Under the pieces are notes generated by a model. It made no database searches, was not told the origin of the DNA, and saw only the letters and a program-made list of their open reading frames with translations. Shown one piece after another: positions 58,222-64,000 of a DNA stretch of 64,000 nt. Where the stretch lies: assembly GCA_035525375.1 (NCBI GenBank), contig DATLEI010000027.1, positions 2,976-66,975 on the forward strand, in the 5' to 3' direction. This DNA comes from Acidimicrobiales bacterium. Lineage in GTDB: Bacteria > Actinomycetota > Acidimicrobiia > Acidimicrobiales > AC-14. The translations under genes were made by a program, and so were the position numbers. The first letter of the stretch is position 1, and each line of letters starts with the position of its first letter.

Positions 58222-58685
58222 AGGTGTTGACCGTCTCCGATGGTGTTGCCGGCGGGACGAGAGACGACCACTCTGGCCCCGCGCTCGTCGCCCGGCTCAG
58301 GGAAGCGGGCTATGCCGTGATCGATCACCAGGTTGTCGGTGATGGTGCCGGTAGGGTCGCCGATGCCCTCCGCACCATGGTCGCCGACTATTCCGGCCTG
58401 ATCGTGACGACTGGAGGGACAGGCTTCGCGCCGACCGACCTCACGCCAGAGGCCACAGCATCGGTCCTAGATCGGCAGGCGCCAGGTCTCGCCGAGGCCA
58501 TGCGTGCCGCCAACCCGGCCAAGAGGCCGTTGTCGCGCGGGGTCGCCGGCACCGCAGGTCATTGCATCATCCTCAATACGCCCGGGTCGACGGCGGGGGC
58601 GATCGAATGTCTCGACGCTGTGCTCGCCGTCCTGGCTCATGCCCTCGCCCTGCTCGAAGGCGAGCCCACCCCCCATCCCGGATGA
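58203..58685 (+). CDS. mog: MogA/MoaB family molybdenum cofactor biosynthesis protein
   Basis: ORF track 160 aa. KVLTVSDGVAGGTRDDHSGP...LIVTTGGTGFAPTDLTPEA...ILNTPGS. Confidence 0.9.
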   Translation: MGTLQAKVLTVSDGVAGGTRDDHSGPALVARLREAGYAVIDHQVVGDGAGRVADALRTMVADYSGLIVTTGGTGFAPTDLTPEATASVLDRQAPGLAEAMRAANPAKRPLSRGVAGTAGHCIILNTPGSTAGAIECLDAVLAVLAHALALLEGEPTPHPG

Positions 58686-59662
58686 CGACACCTGTCTCGC
58701 CGTACGAAACGGCGATGCGGCGCGCCATTGAACTGGCCGCGGGCGCCCGGTCAACGGCGTCGCCCAACCCCTGGGTCGGCTGCGTCATTGTTCCCACCGG
58801 GTCCGAGGGCGCCACCGAAGCCCCGGGCGGACGGCACGCAGAACGAGTTGCCCTCGACGTCGCCGGCGACCGAGCTCGCGGCGCCACGCTGGTGGTGACG
58901 CTGGAGCCGTGTGGTTTCCATGGCCGAACCCCGCCATGCACGACGGGGATAATCGACGCGGGTATCGAACGGGTGGTGGTGGGAACTGCCGATCCCGACG
59001 AGCGGGTCAGCGGGAATGGCATAGCTCAGCTACGGGCCGCAGGGATCGACGTCGACGTGGGCGTCTGTGAGAGCCAGGTGCGTGAGCAGCTCGCGCCGTA
59101 CCTCACGCACCGGGCGACAGGGCGACCCTGGGTCGTCCTGAAGATGGCCCTGAGCCTCGACGGCCGGGCTGCGGCGCCGGACGGATCGAGCAAGTGGCTG
59201 ACTGGCGACGCGGCGCGCGCCGACGCCCACCGCCTGCGCGCCGAGAGCGATGCCATCATCGTCGGAGCCGGCACCGTGCGTGCCGACGACCCGGCCCTCA
59301 CCGTCCGTAGCGTCGCTGGCCGTGACCCCCTCCGGGTCGTCCTCGGCGAGGCGCCCGATGGCGCGAAGGTCCACCCTGCCCTCGAGGTCGAGGGTGATCT
59401 CGGCGCGATCCTCGACGATCTCGCCGATCGTGATGTGGTTCAGGTTCTCGTTGAGGGTGGCCCGACAGTGGCCGCTGCCTTTCACCGCGCCGGCCTCGTC
59501 AACCGCTATGTCCTCTACCTCGCCCCGATCCTTTTTGGCGGAGCCGACGGTCTTCCGCTGTTCACCGGGCCCGGCGCGTCCACGATCGACGAGGCTTGGC
59601 GGGGGCGGATCATCTCGGTCGCGCGCCTCGGCGATGACCTTCGGGTCGAGCTCGCGCCGTAG
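58682..59662 (+). CDS. ribD: Bifunctional riboflavin biosynthesis deaminase/reductase RibD
   Basis: The 3' part of ORF 58562-59662. ATG 58682 forms an ATGA overlap with the mog stop. MRRAIELA...NPWVGCVIV...HAERVAL...VTLEPCGFHGRTPPC is the deaminase part, and KMALSLDGR...LRAESDAIIVGAGTVRADDP is the reductase part. Confidence 0.93.
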   Translation: MTTPVSPYETAMRRAIELAAGARSTASPNPWVGCVIVPTGSEGATEAPGGRHAERVALDVAGDRARGATLVVTLEPCGFHGRTPPCTTGIIDAGIERVVVGTADPDERVSGNGIAQLRAAGIDVDVGVCESQVREQLAPYLTHRATGRPWVVLKMALSLDGRAAAPDGSSKWLTGDAARADAHRLRAESDAIIVGAGTVRADDPALTVRSVAGRDPLRVVLGEAPDGAKVHPALEVEGDLGAILDDLADRDVVQVLVEGGPTVAAAFHRAGLVNRYVLYLAPILFGGADGLPLFTGPGASTIDEAWRGRIISVARLGDDLRVELAP

Positions 59663-59671
59663 CCTGAGTAC

Positions 59672-60253
59672 GTGTTCACCGGCATCGTTGAGGAGTTGGG
59701 TCGGGTGGTGACGCGCCATGACCATCGGTTCACCTTCAGCGCGGCCGTTGTGACTGACGACGCTGAGGTCGGCGGCTCGATAGCGGTCAATGGGTGCTGC
59801 CTCACCGTCGTTGAGCGAGGCGACGGGTGGTGGCGCGCCGACGTCGTCGATGAAACCCTCGGGCGCACCAATCTCGCTGCTCTGCGGCCAGGTGACGACG
59901 TCAATCTCGAGCGCCCAGTGCGCGTCGGCGACCGGCTCGGCGGCCATCTTATGCAAGGTCACGTTGACGCTATCGGTGAAGTGATTACCCCGGCGCCCGA
60001 CCTCAGCATTCGACCGCCCGACGACCTGTTGCCGTACATCGTGGAGAAGGGCTCGATCGCAGTTGATGGCTGCAGCCTGACGGCGGCCAGCGTGGACAGT
60101 GGCGTCTTCCGAATATCTGTCGTCCCCCATACGGCCGGCGTCACTACGCTGGGTCGACGGCGTCCCGGTGACCAGGTCAACCTCGAGGTCGACCTGGTGG
60201 CCAAGTATGTTGAGAGCCTCTTGACGCGAGGCGAATCCGGAACAGGAGCCTGA
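59672..60253 (+). CDS. ribE: Riboflavin synthase (alpha chain)
   Basis: ORF track 193 aa, GTG start. [13 protein letters not shown]...[11 protein letters not shown]...[11 protein letters not shown] is the duplicated motif. Confidence 0.94.
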   Translation: MFTGIVEELGRVVTRHDHRFTFSAAVVTDDAEVGGSIAVNGCCLTVVERGDGWWRADVVDETLGRTNLAALRPGDDVNLERPVRVGDRLGGHLMQGHVDAIGEVITPAPDLSIRPPDDLLPYIVEKGSIAVDGCSLTAASVDSGVFRISVVPHTAGVTTLGRRRPGDQVNLEVDLVAKYVESLLTRGESGTGA

Positions 60254-60260
60254 GTCGGAC

Positions 60261-61475
60261 ATGGCCTTCGCCAGCATCGAGGACGCGATTGTTGCCTTCG
60301 CGCGTGGCGACATCGTCGTCGTGGTCGACGACGCCAGTCGCGAGAACGAGGGCGATCTCATCATGGCGGCCGAGTTCGCGACCTCCGAGAGGCTGGCGTT
60401 CTTTCTCAATCACACGTCGGGCGTCATCTGTATTCCCATGACGGGAGATCGCCTCGACTCCCTCGAGCTGCCGCCCATGGTGTTCGAAAACACCGAGAGC
60501 AACCGCACCGCCTTCACGGTGTCGGTCGATGCTCGCGAGGGGGCGACGACGGGGATCTCGGCCGCGGACCGGGCGGCGACGATCGCCGCCCTGATCGATC
60601 CTGCGACGAAGCCGGTCGACCTCGCTCGGCCGGGTCACATGTTTCCGCTTCGCTATCGCGACGGCGGCGTCCTCAAGCGGGGCGGGCACACTGAGGCCGC
60701 GGTCGACCTGGCCCGTATGGCCGGCCTCTTTCCGGCCGGCGTGCTCTCGGAGGTCGTCAGCGAGGACAAGACGGGTATGGCGCGGCTTCCAGAACTCGAA
60801 CGCTTCGCGGCCACTCACGGCTTACTGATCATCTCCATTGCGGACCTCATCCGCTATCGCCGCCAGTCGGAGAAGCTCGTGCGGCGAATTGTCGAAGCCA
60901 CCCGGATCCCCACGCAGTTCGGCGACTTCAGCGGCTACATCTACGAGTCGCTCCTCGACGGCGACCAGCACCTTGCCCTCGTGAAGGGCGCAGTGCAGGG
61001 CGAGGAGAACGTGCTGGTGAGGGTCCACTCTGAGTGCCTCACCGGCGACGTATTCGGCTCCATGCGCTGCGATTGCGGATCGCAACTGGGTGCCGCAATG
61101 CAGATGATCGCCACCGAGGGGCTGGGAGCCGTCGTCTACTTGCGGGGGCACGAGGGGCGCGGTATCGGTATCGCCCACAAGCTCCGCGCCTACACACTGC
61201 AAGACCAGGGCCGCGACACCGTCGATGCCAACCTCGACCTCGGGCTGCCGATCGACAGCAGGGAGTACGGCATCGGTGCCCAGATACTGGTCGACCTCGG
61301 CATCACCACGATGCGGCTGCTCACGAACAACCCCGCCAAGTACGGCGGCCTCGAGGGCTACGGGCTCGAGATCGTCGAGCGTGTCGGGCTGCAACCCACA
61401 TCGAACCCCGAGAACATCGCCTACCTCCGTACGAAGCAGAAGCGGCTCGGGCACCTCCTCGAAGGGCTCGACTGA
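60261..61475 (+). CDS. ribBA: Bifunctional 3,4-dihydroxy-2-butanone-4-phosphate synthase / GTP cyclohydrolase II
   Basis: ORF track 404 aa. [27 protein letters not shown] and [16 protein letters not shown] are the DHBP synthase part. [24 protein letters not shown] is the GCH II zinc site. Confidence 0.96.
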   Translation: MAFASIEDAIVAFARGDIVVVVDDASRENEGDLIMAAEFATSERLAFFLNHTSGVICIPMTGDRLDSLELPPMVFENTESNRTAFTVSVDAREGATTGISAADRAATIAALIDPATKPVDLARPGHMFPLRYRDGGVLKRGGHTEAAVDLARMAGLFPAGVLSEVVSEDKTGMARLPELERFAATHGLLIISIADLIRYRRQSEKLVRRIVEATRIPTQFGDFSGYIYESLLDGDQHLALVKGAVQGEENVLVRVHSECLTGDVFGSMRCDCGSQLGAAMQMIATEGLGAVVYLRGHEGRGIGIAHKLRAYTLQDQGRDTVDANLDLGLPIDSREYGIGAQILVDLGITTMRLLTNNPAKYGGLEGYGLEIVERVGLQPTSNPENIAYLRTKQKRLGHLLEGLD

Positions 61476-61981
61476 TGAGCACCATCTACGAGGGACAGCT
61501 GCGCGGCGCAGGACTGCGCGTTGCGATTGCGGCGAGCCGCTTCAACCGAGTCGTCACCGACGGTCTTGTCGATGGCGCGCTCGACGTACTTCACCAGCGC
61601 GGGGTCGACGACGACTCGATCACCATTGCCTGGGCGCCAGGCGCATTCGAGCTGCCCTTGATTGCCCAGCGCCTGGCGCTTTCGGGCGACCACGACGCGG
61701 TCGTGTGCCTCGGCGCGGTCATCAAGGGAGGCACCGACCACTACGAGCACGTCGCCGGGCAGTGCGCCGCGGGTCTTACCAGGGTCGCTCTCGACACGGC
61801 TATTCCTGTCGTGTTCGGCGTCCTCACCACCGAGACACTCGAGCAGGCGCTCGAACGCAGCGGTGCCCGCTCAGAGGGCAGCGCTGATGCGGCCGGCTCG
61901 TTCGACAATAAGGGGGCAGAGGCGGCCGACACCGCCGTGGAGATGGCCGACCTCATGCGCCAGCTACCCAAACCCAGCTAG
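61475..61981 (+). CDS. ribH: 6,7-dimethyl-8-ribityllumazine synthase
   Basis: The 3' part of ORF 61034-61981. ATG 61475 shares one base with the ribBA TGA. RVAIAASRFNRVVTDGL...WAPGAFELPL...LGAVIKGGTDHYEHVA...VVFGVLTTET...NKGAEAA. Confidence 0.95.
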   Translation: MSTIYEGQLRGAGLRVAIAASRFNRVVTDGLVDGALDVLHQRGVDDDSITIAWAPGAFELPLIAQRLALSGDHDAVVCLGAVIKGGTDHYEHVAGQCAAGLTRVALDTAIPVVFGVLTTETLEQALERSGARSEGSADAAGSFDNKGAEAADTAVEMADLMRQLPKPS

Positions 61982-61993
61982 CGCGGAGGACTC

Positions 61994-62869
61994 ATGCTGA
62001 AGCTCGTACTCCCAAAGGGGTCTCTCGAACGGGCCACTCTCGATCTATTCGAGGCGGCCGACCTCGCAGTGCAGCGGTCGTCGAAGGTCGACTACCGGGG
62101 AACCGTCGACGACCCTCGCATCGACGAGGTGCGCATACTGCGTCCCCAGGAAATCGCTGGCTACGTCGCCGAGGGCATTTTCGACCTCGGGATCACGGGG
62201 CGCGACTGGATAGAGGAGCCGGCGTGCGACGTGGTCAGCTTGGGGGAGCTGCACTATTCCAAGGCCACGGCGCGTCCTGTGCAGGTGGTTCTGGCTGTCC
62301 CGGCTGACTCGCCGGTAAAGCGGGTGGAGAATCTGCGCGACGGCGTGCGGGTCTCGACCGAGTATCCCGAGCTGACCCGCCGGTTCTTCGAGAGCCGGGG
62401 AATCGCGGCCGATATCCGGCTGTCATATGGCGCCACGGAGGCAAAAGTCCCCGACATAGTCGACGCCGTCGTCGATCTGACCGAAACCGGTCGTGCCCTA
62501 CGCGCCGCCGGGCTCGAGCCGATCGAAGTCATCCTCACCAGCTTCACGGAGCTCATCGCCAACCGCGCTGCCTATGACGATCCGGCCAAGCGTCATGCCA
62601 TGAACCAGCTCCACACGCTCCTGCAAGGATCGCTCGAGGCTCGGGGCAAGGTTCTCGTGAAGCTCAATGTCGCCGAAAGTGATCTCGCCCGTGTCATAGA
62701 GATCTTGCCCTCGCTGAAATCGCCAACGGTCTCCAAGCTGTTCGGCAACGATGCCTACGCAGTCGAAACAGTCGTGGCCAAGTCGGAGATCAACACCCTG
62801 ATTCCCGCCCTGAAAGACGCCGGCGCGACCGACATCATCGAACTGGCGCTGGCGAAGATCGTCCACTAG
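61994..62869 (+). CDS. hisG: ATP phosphoribosyltransferase (long form with C-terminal regulatory domain)
   Basis: ORF track 291 aa. MLKLVLPKGSLE...RPQEIAGYVAEGIFDLGITGRDW...DLTETGRALRAAGL, plus a HisG C-terminal domain. Confidence 0.94.
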   Translation: MLKLVLPKGSLERATLDLFEAADLAVQRSSKVDYRGTVDDPRIDEVRILRPQEIAGYVAEGIFDLGITGRDWIEEPACDVVSLGELHYSKATARPVQVVLAVPADSPVKRVENLRDGVRVSTEYPELTRRFFESRGIAADIRLSYGATEAKVPDIVDAVVDLTETGRALRAAGLEPIEVILTSFTELIANRAAYDDPAKRHAMNQLHTLLQGSLEARGKVLVKLNVAESDLARVIEILPSLKSPTVSKLFGNDAYAVETVVAKSEINTLIPALKDAGATDIIELALAKIVH

Positions 62870-63456
62870 CTCGCCGTGGCGGTGGAACCACCTATGCAAG
62901 CCGAGCCGGCCTCGGGCGCGTCCTTCGATTGGCTGAACTGCGTGACGAATTCGTTGACGCGGGGGTCGGTCGCGGACTCGATCTGCACTTGCTTGCCCCA
63001 GGCCGACGCCACGATGGACGCCGGCAGCCCGGGCCATGGGCTGACTAAGACGTATTTCTTGGATGTGGCCAGTTTCTTGAGCGTCTCCACCTGATCCTTG
63101 GAAAGGTCGGGGCGGTATGTGATCCAGACCGCGCCGTGCTCCATTGAGTGCACGCCGTATTCGGTGACGATGGGCACCGAATAGAACCCGCAGTCCTGCC
63201 AGATCGACCCGTGACTACCGCCCACGGGTGGTGTCTGGGGATACTGCACCGGACCGGGCACATGGGTATATGGCGGCACGGTGAACTTCTGGAGCCCGAC
63301 TATCTCGTTGGACTGCACCGTTGGCCGCGATGTCTCCGGCTCCTGTGATGCAACGATGACGCCGACGATTACAGCGACGACAGCGACGCCGGCGATGGCG
63401 ACCAAGACTCTGGGATCGCCCCAGCGGTGCTCGTTGGAGCTCGCCTTTCGCTTCAC
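62866..63456 (-). CDS. DUF3105 domain-containing membrane-anchored protein
   Basis: ORF track 196 aa (-). It has one N-terminal TM, then YPQTPPVGGSHGSIWQDCGFY...GVHSMEHGAVWITYRPDL, which matches my recollection of DUF3105. Its stop and the hisG stop share a CTAG tetranucleotide. Confidence 0.65.
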   Translation of the reverse strand: MKRKASSNEHRWGDPRVLVAIAGVAVVAVIVGVIVASQEPETSRPTVQSNEIVGLQKFTVPPYTHVPGPVQYPQTPPVGGSHGSIWQDCGFYSVPIVTEYGVHSMEHGAVWITYRPDLSKDQVETLKKLATSKKYVLVSPWPGLPASIVASAWGKQVQIESATDPRVNEFVTQFSQSKDAPEAGSACIGGSTATAS

Positions 63457-63482
63457 GACGGGCCGTGAGTTTCCCTTGGCCG

Positions 63483-63914
63483 TCAGCTCGGTGCCCCGGC
63501 GTTGCCGGCGTCGACAGCAGCCTTCACCTGAACGAAACCTAGCTGGATGCTGGCTACTGCATCGCGCAGCGCTTGGGCATCCTCGCCGAGGCGGGAGCCG
63601 AGACCGTCGACCATCGCCGCCATGGCATCGATGGCGAGCTTGGCCTCTTCGAGATTCGGCGGACGCTGCTCGAGGTGCAATGCCGCCAGCTGGAACAGGC
63701 CGATGCAGTGGTTGGCGACGACGACCGAGGCCGGCACCGACAGCAACTCCCGCTGCACCTCGGCCATCTGGGCCTGCAGCTCTTCATCGGCCGGGTCCGC
63801 GCCAGGTTCGGCGGCGACCGGACCGGGTCTGGGTGGGGGCGTCGAGGATTGCTGTCCCCCCGGCGGCTCCTCACGGCCGACGGGGCGTTCGCCAGACGGT
63901 GTCCACAAAGTCAT
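63483..63914 (-). CDS. DUF1844 domain-containing protein
   Basis: ORF track 143 aa (-). It has a Pro/Gly-rich N-terminus, then VVVANHCIGLFQLAALHLEQRPPNLEEAKLAIDAMAAMVDGLGSRLG, typical of DUF1844 as I remember it. Confidence 0.6.
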   Translation of the reverse strand: MTLWTPSGERPVGREEPPGGQQSSTPPPRPGPVAAEPGADPADEELQAQMAEVQRELLSVPASVVVANHCIGLFQLAALHLEQRPPNLEEAKLAIDAMAAMVDGLGSRLGEDAQALRDAVASIQLGFVQVKAAVDAGNAGAPS

Positions 63915-64000
63915 GGTGCTACCCTAGGCCCACAATTGAAGACGGGAAGCGGGGCTCACGCCCCCACCCGGCCACCGAAGGTCAGTACGACTGAAGCACG

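Noticed and set aside
58100-58700. FMN (RFN) riboswitch expected upstream of the riboflavin operon
   Set aside because: ribD overlaps mog (ATGA), and the region upstream of mog is occupied by a divergent CDS. I saw no RFN-like conserved core in 57779-58202.
59030-60409. 459-aa minus-strand ORF
   Set aside because: It is antisense to ribD, ribE and the start of ribBA, which are all clearly real.
63281-63994. 237-aa + strand ORF at the right edge
   Set aside because: It is antisense to the DUF3105 and DUF1844 genes, and its translation is Arg/Pro-rich.

Overview
High-GC (about two-thirds G+C) chromosomal core region. I call 66 CDS, almost all on the + strand, with no rRNA, tRNA, CRISPR array, transposase or integrase. 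From memory, the gene order matches three Actinomycetota housekeeping blocks joined together: (1) pimA-like GT / pdxST / yebC / ruvCAB / yajC-secDF / apt / relA / hisS / aspS; (2) rarA / alaS / ruvX / mltG / aroE / aroCKBQ / efp / nusB; (3) pyrR-pyrBC-carAB-pyrD-pyrF / mihF / gmk / rpoZ / coaBC / metK / priA / def / fmt / ribD-E-BA-H / hisG. Small lineage-specific insertions interrupt this order: a lipoprotein/LemA/HtpX-like/DUF3048 envelope cluster, an orphan LuxR-type response regulator, a membrane protein plus ECF sigma factor, a lipoprotein alpha/beta hydrolase, an S9 + DUF885 peptidase pair, and an ANTAR/LLM-oxidoreductase/hypothetical/mog islet. I found no discrete new multi-gene system such as a defence island or mobile element. 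The most unusual signal is translational. Five housekeeping genes (htpX-like, aroE, pyrD, gmk, an LLM oxidoreductase) have family-conserved N-termini upstream of every in-frame ATG/GTG/TTG, which implies CTG/ATT/ATC initiation. Two of these CTGs sit in CTGA stop-start overlaps that match 15 other NTGA junctions in the window. Other points worth a second look are a PyrR-binding hairpin followed by a clean intrinsic terminator upstream of pyrR, an ANTAR gene that looks like a GAF-deleted and frameshifted remnant, a PriA with degenerate Walker A/B motifs, and an 18-bp-stem hairpin upstream of hisS. All coordinates were obtained by manual counting and translation. Family calls rest on recognised motifs, not on database searches.
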